DNA of 60,003 nt. Source: Batkoa obscura (lineage: Eukaryota). Both the position numbers and the translations under genes were made by a program. Shown here piece by piece: positions 24,836 to 37,469 of this stretch; the stretch's first letter is position 1, and each line of letters begins with the position of its first letter. The notes under the pieces are model-generated. The model made no database searches, had not been told where the DNA came from, and saw only the letters and a list, made by a program, of their open reading frames with translations. The DNA lies in contig JASVEC010000024.1 in NCBI GenBank assembly GCA_030770535.1, positions 744,001 through 804,003 of the forward strand. The letters are read 5' to 3'.

Positions 24836-26603
24836 ATGAGTTTAAAAAAAGATAAAATTCAAAGTAAAGCAATTCGCTTTATATACATTTAACTTAATAA
24901 TTAATCTATTGTAGATATAAAATCAAAAAAACTAAAATTAAAACAATGTACTCACCAAAATAGTAATATCATCCTACCACTCCCACATGTAGATGAAGCA
25001 ACCCTCCTTGACTTAACTACTTATTCTTTTACTTCTACACTATCCTCTCAAGAAGAAAGAATTGAATCATTGATAGCTTTATTTCTTGATTCAAAAGAGA
25101 TAGAGATTAACTTAACGATAGCTAATTTCTTAATGATAGATATAGTATTTGATAAATTTATAAATTTTTGGTCAAATCCTAATGGACTAAGGAGTAATCA
25201 AGGATGTAAGCAGAAGATTATCAATAATAGGGGATTTAATGTTATATTTAGTTTGTTTAGTAATGGAGAGATTGGGAGATTAATTATTGAAAAGAAATTT
25301 GATAGAATGGGTAAGCAGTAGTAAAATTCTATTTATAAATTATTTATTAGATTATTTTCATCTAGCTTATTTACTCACCTATGGTATTATCAATCAGCTT
25401 AGAGGAAATATGGATTTTCAACAACTAAAATTAGGTATCAATCGATTATTAATAATGAATATTGATTTAACTAAACGATGGTTATATACAACAAAATACA
25501 CCTCAATTTTATCAGACAAACCGCCAATCTTATTATTCATCAATCACCTAAAACAAGAAACAATAAGAAGTTTAATATTAGATATATTATTTCAAGTGGA
25601 ACCAGATAATTCAAGTACAAAAAGAGATTTTGATTTATTAGGAGAATTAAGATATTTTGAAACTATATGGAAATTATATTGGTATCAGTTGAAATCAGAA
25701 GATTCTTTAGAATTTATTATTAATTTATTAACTGATGCTATTTATTATAAAGAAAGTGAGCATTTTTTGGAATACGTTTATAAAGAGGAATTTTTAAATG
25801 ATATTTTAAACGTGTTGAGTTGTAAGAATTACAAAAACATTCAAAAAATGATTGACTTTTTAGATTCTTTGTTGCAAGTACTATGTTATAGATCGGAAAA
25901 GTTAATGCTCTTAATTAGGGAAATTAAACTTTATATACACAGCAATCTGGATAAAATTTACTCTACCTTACAATATATAGAAAATGATAGCTCAATTGTA
26001 TTTGAAGAAGGAAAGATGATAATTAATGATAAAGTAATTCCATTTATAGTACCAAGCAATTACCCTAAATGTTATAAATTAACAATAAAAAGATATACAT
26101 TTATGTCCTTTTTCTTATCCACAGATATAATAGAAAAAGAAAAAATCAATTTGAATATTGAATTGATTATAAATTGTTTAGAATGGCTGCTATTAAACCC
26201 AAAAAATGATATGATACTTTCATTAAATTTTAAAATTTTAGAAATTATTTTTAGTAATTTTATAAGGGATAAGGATAATAGTTACATAGATATTATTAGT
26301 TATTTGTTTATCGAAACTAGGTTGGTATCTAGAGTAAAGTATCAAATTATCATGAATTCAAGATCTGGGCTCAATTATTTATTAGCATTTGTTCAATTTC
26401 ATCTCAATGCAGTCATTAATAAACTAAAAGAGGAAGGTAAAGGTTTAAATCAATCACTCTTAATTGAATTAGAGTCATGTAGAGAAAGTTCATTCAAAGA
26501 AGAGACTATTATATACCCTAAATCTCAATTTTATTTTCCAAAGAGTAAGAATAAGTTTGTAAAAAATAACTTTTTTATTAAGGATGATGATTTTTTAATA
26601 TAA
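24836..26603 (+). CDS. Hypothetical helical-repeat protein, 3 exons
   Basis: Exon 1 MSLKKDKIQ (phase-1 intron to 24914); exon 2 in frame with ORF 25070; intron from gtaagc near 25311; long final exon. Confidence 0.65.
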
Positions 26604-26789
26604 AATGAGTAGTAAGTCATCTTTGTTTAATATGCGTTATAAATAAAAATTATTATGTTCTTTATATGTTCACCTTCTCTAACCCAAGTATGATCATTTC
26701 AACATGTTCTTGGATTATACATATTCACTTTATTATCTAACTTAATCCCTATATCAAATCTCTGCCTCAAAGTAAATTAAATAAGCATA

Positions 26790-26887
26790 TGCGAGTATTT
26801 TTTTTGACTTCACTATTTTTCATTTTTTAAGTGCTATTTAAGCGGAAAATTTAATAGTAAATTCTTAAACACAAAAACACATCCCCA
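26790..26887 (-). mobile_element. MITE-like element
   Basis: caTA|TGCGAG...CATCCCCA|TAtg. Confidence 0.8.
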
Positions 26888-27679
26888 TATGTAATAAAGG
26901 GCAGTTTTGGATTTCTTGAAAACTTCAAGATCCTAACCTATTCAATAAGATACTAGTTGATGTCGTTTTATTTGAACTATATAAATAATGGACTTTGTAT
27001 TTTCTTGGAATTACATATTTAATAAATAAAATATTTAGATGCAAAATTTAAGAATCAAAATAATATTACATTGTTAAATTATAAACTAACCAAGATTTAT
27101 ACAATTTGTTTAATATAAAGTCATACTTTATTGAATAAATACCATGATATAAATAATTTATACTGACTAATACTAGTAACTATGAATCAAAGAAATAGAT
27201 TGTGAGTTTAAGTGAATATAAAAATAAAATAAGAATAGTAGTGCCAAAACAATAGTAACAAGAGTAATCAAAGAAATGATAGTTAGTGTTATACAAGCTA
27301 TAAAATAATCCCTAAACATTAATAAAAAGAATCTTAGTAAAATAGTATAAATAGTTGATTTTCTATTATATAAACCGATAAAACTGATACTATCAAATCT
27401 CTTTCATTTGTTGAAATGATAAAATCAAAATTAAACTTATTATATAAAAATAATAATAGTTTTTTGATATAAAATAAAGCAAAGACTATATTAAATAAAA
27501 ACTAATCTTTAACTTTGGATCTCTGAAACTAATAGAGGAATAAAAACATGATAAATTAAAGGATAATACTAAAACTGATAGGGCCAAAATAATTTTTATA
27601 AAAGAAACCCACATTCTCTACTTTTGGTTAAAAGTAAATTTTCTTTCTACCTTAAAACATCCTACTTTTGTATTGAATA

Positions 27680-28360
27680 TCACTCTTCAGTTACCTGTGA
27701 GGAGTCTTTGTTATTACTACCATTTAAAACCTCTGTTTCACTTCGCCTAAAATCCGCTTCCGGATCCAATTTAAGGTTAGGGCTACTCACTTTTTGTTTT
27801 TCTTCTTCTTCTTCTTCTTCTTCTTCTTCATCTTCTTCGTATTCTTCTTCTTCATAAAAATCTTTAAGATATTTATTGGCAGCACGATATTCTTTTTTTG
27901 CATTCTTTATACAAACTTCGATATTAGTTAAAGCTTCTTGCTCTGTAATTGATTTAGAACCGGATTCATCTTTAAGTGAACCATAATGTTGAATCCTTTC
28001 GCACATTGTTTTCACTTTTTTTAAACCTAAAGCAGCGCTACTACCTTTAAGGAAATGTCCCAAGCGACTAAGGTCAGGTAAATCTTTTTTTTCTCTATTA
28101 AATTTAAAGCTTAATTTAATTATTTCTAATTTAATTTAATTAAAATTACAAAGAATTTAACATATCTACAAACGTAGTTTCCGCTTGTTCGAAATAATTA
28201 TAAACTATATTTTTACTAAATTCGTTATCTCCTTCTTCATCCATATCTAAGATTTGTCCAAATACATCATAGTCAATCAATTCATTTTCTTCCTTTTAAA
28301 ATTTAAATTTTATTAGCTTCCATTGCTTTTATTCATTATTATAAAGTTTACCGACGACAT
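27680..28360 (-). CDS. YPD1: Histidine phosphotransfer protein Ypd1 with acidic C-terminal tail
   Basis: FGQILDMDEEGDNEFSKNIVYNYFEQAETTF...LSRLGHFLKGSSAALGL; poly-Glu tail encoded by (GAA)n near 27800-27830. Confidence 0.95.
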
Positions 28361-29548
28361 TTTTATTATTTTTATCTATCAATTTAAACCTTTTACTCCT
28401 ATACTTTTGGTTGCTTACTATTTATTCAATGTGATAACTAACCAATCAAATGCAATGATTATTTTTAATAAGAAATTGAAAGCCTAGATTTCAATTAATG
28501 GTTACAATTGACATTAAACTATACTATTAGTAAGGAAATATTATATAAGAAGTTTATAAATTACGGTAACAATTCTTAGCATGTGTAAATTTAAATAAAA
28601 TAAACAGTCAATATAACTAAGCCCCACTTTCTAGTTTATTTACTAGTTTAATGCTCAAATAAATGATAATAAAATGATGTCACCCTTAAATTAAAATGAG
28701 TATCTTAAAGAACTCAAAAAGTTCATAAATCAACAACTTCAGAGTCATTGATTAAGTAACTTAGTAGATATTTTAACCTTATATTTTTCGATATTTTTCA
28801 ATTTGTTTATTTTTATTTTATTACTACTATTATTTGAATTGAAATTTTCTAATTTTGTATTATGGAGTTAATGATCTCATCATGATTTATTAACATTATT
28901 TTAATTCTAAGTGTTAGAGGATTAATTATTATTAATAAATTCATATTTAAGTTTTAATATTTATTCATCTATTATTTTTATTATTGAAATAACATCAAGA
29001 TTCAATATTTGAAATATATATTATTGTCTATTGTTTATGTACTTTATTTGTTTTATGTCTCTTTGTAAAAGTGTTCTTGATATTATAGTTTCTAAAGCAA
29101 TAACATTTTGACTAAAAATTATATAAGCATTTGTTCTGGAATCAATTTTTTCTCCATTAGTTCAAGATTTCCTAATAAATTTCAATAGCATTTTATTAAT
29201 TCTTTTTAGTCATTCAATGGAGTTTTTTGTGAGAAAAAATACTTTTTTCCAATATTACACTTTTAAATAGATAGAAACAGAGATCTTTTGTTCATCTCTA
29301 AGCCATTTGAGTTTAGTTATTTCAATAAAACTACTGCGTTATTACGTCTTTAAGGCTTTTAAAAGAAATCAATCACTCTTTTTTTTTATATTAATAAAAG
29401 ATGTTTAACTAAATTGCCATTTTTTGTTGCATTATTTTGTTAACTTTGCAAGTAGCCTGAAATTTAAAATATATTAATAATGTTTGTACTACTAATTACA
29501 AATATATTTTAACTAATAAACAAACATGTTTTTTTTATAAAAATTGAT

Positions 29549-31712
29549 ATAAAATAACCTTAATAACTAAATATACTTTGTTATCAATTTAATGGAAATC
29601 GAAAAGATTTATAGGGCTTTGAATTGGCAACCAGCTCTACGAAGTTAACTAATTAAACTTTAACATTTACTCTATATCATTGTAGACTTAAGCTATATTA
29701 AAGCTTCTCTTTTTGTATCAGCTTCTTTATATAAAGTTTTTAATATCAAATCAAAAATATTTCTTAAATTAAATATGACAAAAAAAATATAAACAATCAT
29801 TATTTAATATACTTGTAAAAAGTAAAGACATTAAATTATTTAAAACAAAATCAATCACACACAAGAGAGAATTAGTTTAGATGACACTGAGCTATAAAAT
29901 ATTAAAAATAAACCTGTAGTATATAATAAATTCAAATGATATTATACAACTCGTGTTTATCAGTTTAAATACCTTGTATAAAAGAATGACTAAGTATAGA
30001 ATCAATTGTAATTCTATCTGCACGTTTTTTAGTAAGACAATCCTGAATCAATTTCCTGAGATCGTTTGGTACGTGCATTTTACTAATTCTATTATCCCTC
30101 ATGATTTCAACATTAGATGGAAATTTGGTGTCTTCCTGGATAGCTCGATTTTCATCTCCCAAAATTTTCAATATCTCTTCTTCACTCTTTTTACTAAACA
30201 CACTACACCCATAAATTAGTCTATATAATATGCAACCCAGTCCCCAAACATCAGTTCCGTACCTGATCTAGATTGATCGATTAGTTGTTATTACTTATTC
30301 ATAGAATAAAAAAATACCACAAATTGCGAACTCGCATCAGTAGCAATAGCCGCTTCTGGTGCTATATTACCAAGAGTACCTTGCTAAAAAATGAATATCA
30401 ATTTATAATAAAACTAAATAGTTAAATTACTATTTGGGATTTTCGACCAACCACACGTCCATGCTTTAACTTTAATACATATTTAAACCCGAACACCTTT
30501 AAATTTCCATCAAAAAACATAAATTTCCCCAAATTCAGATCACAATGGATAACATTTTCCTTATGTAACTCTCTTATCGCTAACACCATCTAATGAAATA
30601 TTAACGTTATATTTATTTATTTTACTTTTTATTACCCTTTTCCAATTATATACCGCAAACCCAACTGGATTTTCCAATATTTGCTCCGAGTTATTCATAA
30701 ATTCAAAAAAACTAATTTCACTTAGTTGATATAGCTATAAGTTAACTTAGTGATGATTATACAGTGTTGAATACTCACCAATTTAATTTTGTTATCCTCA
30801 TATTCAAATTCAGCTAACTGAATGATATACGGGTTATTTTTGAAAATTTTTAGCACCTGAATTTCATTTTGATATAAATTTATTTCCTTTTCTTTCATTC
30901 CTTCCATATCAACCACCTTCAATGCAAATTGATTCCCAGTGTTTAATTCGACAACATTATATACTTCTGAATGTCTACCTAGTTTTATGAGATTTAATTT
31001 CATGTACCTTTTCCCCTTTACAACTTCAAACTCTAATATTTGATTATCTTGTGACTTTTGATATAAAATAATGGTTTTAAAATGTAAATTATTGAACTTA
31101 CTATTTGTTCAAATACTGCATCAAAATCATTCAACTCTTTAATCCTATTTGGTATTCCTATATAGTGCCCCTCGTCCGATACATTTGCTTCCAAAGAGTA
31201 TTGATCATCGATGCTTAAGTGGCCCATATCCCTGATAATAATACCAAAAGGTATGTTATGTCTCACTTCTTCAAATATTTGTCTGACATTTAACTTATTT
31301 GAGTGTTCCTCAAGATTTCTGATTTTACGCTTCCTATTAATTCCTACTTTTTGTTCAGCATATTTTCTAACATATCTAATAAACTCTTTTTGACTTAGAT
31401 TCGATATGTTATCTATAGTTTCATGCCCTTTCATCGACTTCGTTTAATTTAAGCTTGTTCGGTCTTCAAAATTCCCCTTTCTTGGATACTTCTAAAATAC
31501 TTAACATAAAGAAAAACGAAATAAAAATACTGTTTACTCTTAAACCTGCCCCTTTCTTACTCATCCTTTGCAAAAATGCCACCTTTTTATTCCCATTTGT
31601 ACCATTTTAGTTTCATACTTCATTTTTAAGGAGAGGTGGAATTTGGGACTAAGTGCATTAATTGGTCAATTTAAAATTAAACTTTTCACTTTATCAAACA
31701 TTAAAATAGATT
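29549..31712 (-). repeat. Segmental duplication copy B (inverted copy of 4571-6743)
   Basis: Reverse-complement identity; several ORF-track peptides are identical between the copies. Confidence 0.9.
29965..31564 (-). pseudogene. Mps1-like pseudokinase copy B with in-frame TAA in exon 2 (pseudogene, or N-truncated form starting at ATG 31434)
   Basis: Exon 1 MSKKGAGLR and the same introns as copy A; TAA at 31444-31446 where copy A has CAA; the rest of the frame is intact. Confidence 0.7.
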
Positions 31713-31724
31713 AAATAAAGCAAC

Positions 31725-31822
31725 TAGGGATGTATTTTTTTGTTTGAATTTTACTAATAGTTTTTCCACTTATATAGCGCTTAAAAAATGAAGAAAGTGA
31801 TGAAATCAAAAAAATACCTTCA
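31725..31822 (+). mobile_element. MITE-like element, diverged
   Basis: TAGGGATG...ttttccacttatatagcgcttaaaaaatg...; lies just beyond the duplication boundary. Confidence 0.75.
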
Positions 31823-32139
31823 ACTCTTGAAGTAAAAGGCTGCTTTTCAAATTAAAATACAGGATACATGAGACATGCTAAAATGTATTACATATTAAGT
31901 TAATATTTTATAGTAAACTATATATATTATTATTATATTAATATAATAAAACAAAGCTATTTAAAACCAATGCAGTTAATAAATTAATTATTAATTATAT
32001 AAATAATTTAGTTATTTAAAAAATAAAAAAAATAATTTATATAATTATAATAAACATTTTAAAAATTATAAATTTTGGTGCCTAAAACCCGATTGCTTTA
32101 TATTAGCTATAAAAAGTTAAAAGTTAAATTTAAAAAATA

Positions 32140-32239
32140 TGTGAATGTATTTTTTTGTTCAAGAATTTTACTAACGACCTTTCTACTCAAACAGCGCTTA
32201 AAAATAGAAAAAGTAGTGAAACCAAAACAAATATCCTCA
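32140..32239 (+). mobile_element. MITE-like element, diverged
   Basis: TA|TGTGAATG...TATCCTCA|TA with the consensus core aagaattttactaac...agcgcttaaaaa. Confidence 0.75.
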
Positions 32240-33534
32240 TATAAAAAAGTAAAAGATATTTTATAATAAAAAGCTGAGGATATAAAAAAAGTTTAAGATT
32301 TGATTACATAATAAAACATTATATTTTAAATAAAAGCAAAGTACTTATTGTTGATTATAATAATTAAAATAAAAATATTAAAAACTACCAATAATAACTT
32401 AAAGTCGAAAGTTTAATTAGTATTAATAAAAGTATTTTTTGATAGAATAGTTTTTTATCAATTATTTAGCTTGATTTGTTTAATTATTAGTATTTATACT
32501 TCAAAAAAATCAATTAACAGCTATACTAATTAAAACAAAAAATAGGCTATTATATTAAATAAAGACAAAAATATACATATCATAAAGTTTAATCATAATC
32601 ACTGTGTGCAGAAAAAACGGATAAACATTCTATCCAGTACAAAACTAATATGTGATTTATACCTGAATAACTATCAACATAAAATTTAAATTATTAACAT
32701 TTTGATATGAAATGTTAATAATGTACTAATATAAACTATATTTAAGGATACTGATAGATTTAGTATCACGAAATGAGTACTAAAAGTCAATCTCTATAGG
32801 AGATTGACCTTGATATTGATTTTTATATTGCTTTTAGGTAATGAATATCCACAAATCAAAAAGATTATGTTATTCAATGTACTCTGGGTATTAGGTGGTT
32901 TTATCAAGCTTTTTACATACAAAAAATGCAAGTGGAGGTAGAAGTAAAAAGTAATCAAAATTAGGCTCAAAAATTAAAAATTGTATGATTAAGTTTTATA
33001 CTTTATAAAGAATTACAAATCTATATCCCTGTAGGGATTCTGTACAATGAAATAGTTTTTCAACTTAAATATGCTTAATACGTTTTTTAATTGTATATAA
33101 TCTAACAAATGTAAACCTCTTTTAATAAAATTTTAATTAAAAATTTACTATAGTTATTAGGAGAATATAATATGTATATTTTCTGATCGTTTATTCTTTA
33201 TACTTTGATTATTATTTATAAAATGGATTTTTCTTTCATTACCGCGAAGGGAAAGTGTTATTTTCATCATACAGAGGGATTTTTTTAAAGAATGAATTAT
33301 TATTACACTCTTGTGCAAGGATGTAAATTATATAAAAATGATTCCTTTTTAAAAATAATTGCAAATGAAATTCACTATTTCCCCTCTCTTCTTAAAAATC
33401 CAGCCAATAAACTAATTTATTAATATTTCTACATTTGTTCAATAATAAAAAACATCACTTAAAAAATAAAAGTACACCTTAAGGCTGTAAAATAGTATAA
33501 AAACAACGATTATTTTTCAAATTTCTTTATTAAA

Positions 33535-34302
33535 ATGATGATTTATAGTATCTTGATTGCATTTTTAGGTTTAATTCAAGCTTCTAACTTACAAGTAACT
33601 CCAAGGATTGTTGGCGGTACTGAAGTATCTCCAAAGTTTAGCTACCCATGGTTAGTGACTCTTAAATTATCAACTTGGATTGTATGTGGTGGTACTTTAA
33701 TCAATAGTAATACTGTTATAACTGCTGCTCATTGTATGATTGCTGAAAATGAAAATTGGACAGTTTTGGTTCATCGTCATAATATTACATTACCCTCGGC
33801 CGAAGAAAATGGTGCTGAATACAAAGTAGTTAACAGAACAATGCATCCAAAATATATTGACTCACCAACCGGTTTTGATATCTCTATTTGGAAGGTAGAA
33901 CCTAGCAAGAAATTAGATATTGATTTTTCAGTGTTGAAGTTTGATACTGAAGGGATTTATAAAAAAGAAAACCAATTATTGAAGGTAGCTGGATGGGGTA
34001 CAATCGCCAAAAGTGGTGCTTACTCTCCCGTCTTACTCGAAACTAAATTGCCAGTTTTTAATTTTGATAAATGTAAATCAATTTATAAACAATTAGATAG
34101 TTCAGAATTTTGTGCTGGTTATGTTGAGGGAACCAAAGATACATGCCAAGGTGATTCTGGAGGTCCAGTTTTTATTACAGCTAAAGGAAAAGTAACTTTA
34201 GTAGGTATTATTTCACGTGGTGAAGGATGTGCCAAGGTTGGCTACCCAGGAGTTTACACTAGTATTGCTGAAGTTAGAGATTTTATTGATCAAAACATTT
34301 AA
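33535..34302 (+). CDS. Secreted trypsin-like serine protease (S1A), intronless
   Basis: Signal peptide, R-IVGG activation site, TAAHC, DISI, KDTCQGDSGGP, PGVYT. Confidence 0.97.
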   Translation: MMIYSILIAFLGLIQASNLQVTPRIVGGTEVSPKFSYPWLVTLKLSTWIVCGGTLINSNTVITAAHCMIAENENWTVLVHRHNITLPSAEENGAEYKVVNRTMHPKYIDSPTGFDISIWKVEPSKKLDIDFSVLKFDTEGIYKKENQLLKVAGWGTIAKSGAYSPVLLETKLPVFNFDKCKSIYKQLDSSEFCAGYVEGTKDTCQGDSGGPVFITAKGKVTLVGIISRGEGCAKVGYPGVYTSIAEVRDFIDQNI

Positions 34303-35119
34303 ATATTTTAATATAATAAAAATACACCCCTTTTACAAAGAATGATTCATCTACGCCTGGTTCAATGCCAAAGTCTAAAATTTAAAATTAATCTAAATTT
34401 TATTGATAGAAAATAAAATGTGAGTTCAAGGATCTTAATTTAAAATTGAATAAAATCAACACTATTTATACTTTTCTATAAGTTATTTTACTTTCATGAT
34501 TATGAAAACATTATATCATGGTTAAATAAATGCTAGTCAAGTTTTACATTATTACATGCAAATTTATTAATTCTATACACTTTTTGGAGTAGCATAATAT
34601 TTTAGAAGATTAGATTTTTCTTTTTAACTAAATTGACCTGGATGGGCAATGCTATTTGTTTTATCCCAAAACAATATTTACAATTTGATAAATTTATTGG
34701 GTAAAAAACTGGTACAATATTTCGAATAAGGTTTTGATCTAGGTCACTTCAAAACAATAAAATATTCAAGCAAATGATGATTAAAGAATCCTTTTTCTAA
34801 AATAAGAATTTAGAATAAAAATTCAACACTTAGAAGTCGTTTTATTTTTTGTACGCAGTCAAATAATTCCCATTACACATTTCACATTTGTAAAAATGTT
34901 AGGTATTTACATAATACCAGGTGTAAATACCTACATACAGTAACAAACATGTACAATTTAGTCTTTAACTTTATACTCTTGTTGAAACGTCTTTTTATAT
35001 TGTCTATATATATCAGTAGCAAATAGTCGAATTAATCTATTTGCTTATCAAATTCTACCTTTACCTTTTTAATGTTAATATATAGTGACTTCTAGGCAAA
35101 TTGACTAATAATCAATATA

Positions 35120-35214
35120 TGAGGATATTTTTTTGGCTTCATCACTTTTTCCACCTTTTAAGTACTATTTAAGCGAAAAATTAATAAAATTCTTAGATAC
35201 AAAAATACAGCCTA
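35120..35214 (-). mobile_element. MITE-like element, diverged
   Basis: TGAGGATA...aaaaatacagccta; core is the reverse complement of the consensus. Confidence 0.7.
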
Positions 35215-35725
35215 TGTTCTTTTTTCACTTTTCATTTAATTTCTATTATGAAGCAATAAATAAGTTTGAGTAATTTGTAGCAACATTATGCTTAAAAATA
35301 AGCCGCATATTATATTTTCTTTCTAGAATACTAAGAACGGCGTTTTATTTTTGAAATGAAATTATCACACATTTAAAGGGTAATTACCAAAAATCTTCTC
35401 CATCTCTAAGTTTTATTATATTATAAATTCTAGTTTTTTTTATATTAAATTTGTTAATATCCATAACTTAATTGGACAATATATATACTTAAATGTAGTT
35501 TTATAACATAATTCAATATAAAATCAAGATTTGACCAATAACTTTAAACTAGTACAACAAACCTTAATCGAATGACGGGTACATCGCATTAATTCTATTG
35601 CTGTGTAAAAGGTTAATCTGTTTAACTTAAGAATAAGGGAGAGTGATTTCAATCTTGAAAAGTATAAAAGAGAAATAAAATATTAATCAACTTTATTTTT
35701 TAGCTTTATTAAAATAACATTTACA

Positions 35726-36268
35726 ATGTCTTCAATTCTTCAGATTTCTACTTCACTTATAAATTTAGCTGCTGCTTTTGTTTTAATCTGCCATGGTTTT
35801 AATAACTGGGTTTCAAGCGCCCAGATGTACAATAATCCAGTATTGGCTATTGGTGGTATTTACTGCAAGTAAGTTTTTTAATATATTTTATACTAAGTTT
35901 ATAAATGTTATAGTGCTTTTGCTGCGTTTTTATTAGCCTATGAGTTTAAGGATTTAGAAGGTTTCTATCATAAATATTGTTTATTTTTCTTGCACCCAAT
36001 CGGTAGAGCATCATTATATATCTTATTTAGTTTGATAACTTTCAGCATAGCTTGGTATGGAATTCTCAGTTTTATCTTATTATTAGCTTTCGCAGCAACT
36101 TCAGTGATAATTTATTTTACTACACCTGAATTTGGATTCTCTCCGCTTATCCCAAATTTCACCAATAGAAGTAATGGGGTTGAAAAAAACATTACACATT
36201 CAGCATCTTCTCCATCTCATATTGAGGCACAACCTGTTTCAATGCCAGAACCAACTGTTCCCCATTAA
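35726..36268 (+). CDS. COPI-associated/Tvp15-like small 4-TM protein (paralogue 1, one intron)
   Basis: MSSILQIST...GGIYCN|AFAAFLLAYEF...HPIGRASLYILFSL...WYGILSFI; intron ~35869-35913. Confidence 0.75.
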
Positions 36269-36857
36269 TTCTTAACTTAAACTTTTAAAATAAATTAATT
36301 ACTTTATGAAATTATCTTACATTTTAACTTATTTTGGTTGTTTTATTAAACTTGCTTTTAAGTTTTGAGGCAAAACTGCCAACTGTTTTATTTAAATTTG
36401 AATTTTATAGGGTTCTTAGTTTTTTTTAGAACTAAATGTCATTGTTCATCAAATAAAGATTTTAAAATAAACTTGTTCTGTAAATACAAAAAATTATTCC
36501 CTACTTTTATAATGAGTAACATAATTTTAAGTTAAAATTAATGTTAAAAAGAAAAGATTAAACCAACTGTAATAGCATACCCCTCGTCAAAATTGTTTAA
36601 ATATTTTGTCTTCTGTTTTTTAGACAACTTAGGTGATATCAAATAAAGAAGTTGTTTGCATAAATTATTAAGTCTTATACTATTTATCAAACTATATTAT
36701 AAAAGGGTTGAAATGTTTTACAGCTCTAACTATCATTTATTATAAGATTCAACTTAGTTTATAAACTAAAATTGATAAGAATGCTTGATCTAAATCATTT
36801 ATTAAAGTGTACAATTTAATAAAGGGTTGTGAATCCAATGGAATCATTAAAACTGTA

Positions 36858-36951
36858 TAGGAATATCTTTTTTGATTTCATTATTTTATTTACTTTTGAT
36901 CATGATTGAATGGGAAGAAGTAGATAAAGTAATAAACCAAGAACCTTTCCA
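36858..36951 (-). mobile_element. Highly decayed MITE-like copy
   Basis: taggaatatcttttttgatttcattattt...ctttcca; about the right length with residual similarity. Confidence 0.35.
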
Positions 36952-37469
36952 TATACTGCTTTAAAATGAAGACACTACTAAGTAAACGTTAAATAGAACT
37001 GATAGTAATATATACATAAGGTATTAATAGCCTAAAAATAATCTAAAGGCCAGTAGTTTAAGTGATATTAATCTAAATAGGGTATATTAAGTACTGGATG
37101 GTGATAATATTAATTTAAATAAGAATATAGGAATAGATCAAACTTAATCTAAAAGTTCTGTCATTTAATTTAAATTATAAACTATAAGTTTAAAGACTAT
37201 CCTACTCTAGTTTGAATCCCATTTAGTGAAAAAGTAATACAACCAAAGTTATTGCTCATATATTTAAAGTATGATAATATTCTTGTAGCATTGTTGAAGA
37301 AGAGAAGATTTTATAAAGACAAAACTAATTTTGATTTCATGTTTAATTTACTTATTCGTTTAATTTGATATTATTTTATATTTAAAATCGATTTTATTTA
37401 AAAGATAATTACATTGCAATAAAATTTGGGGGGAGGTCAAGGTACAATTGCTATCAAACTATTAACTAT

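Noticed and set aside
32787..32809. Hairpin gtcaatctc-tatag-gagattgac upstream of the trypsin gene
   Set aside because: A single short stem, plausible by chance, with no other support
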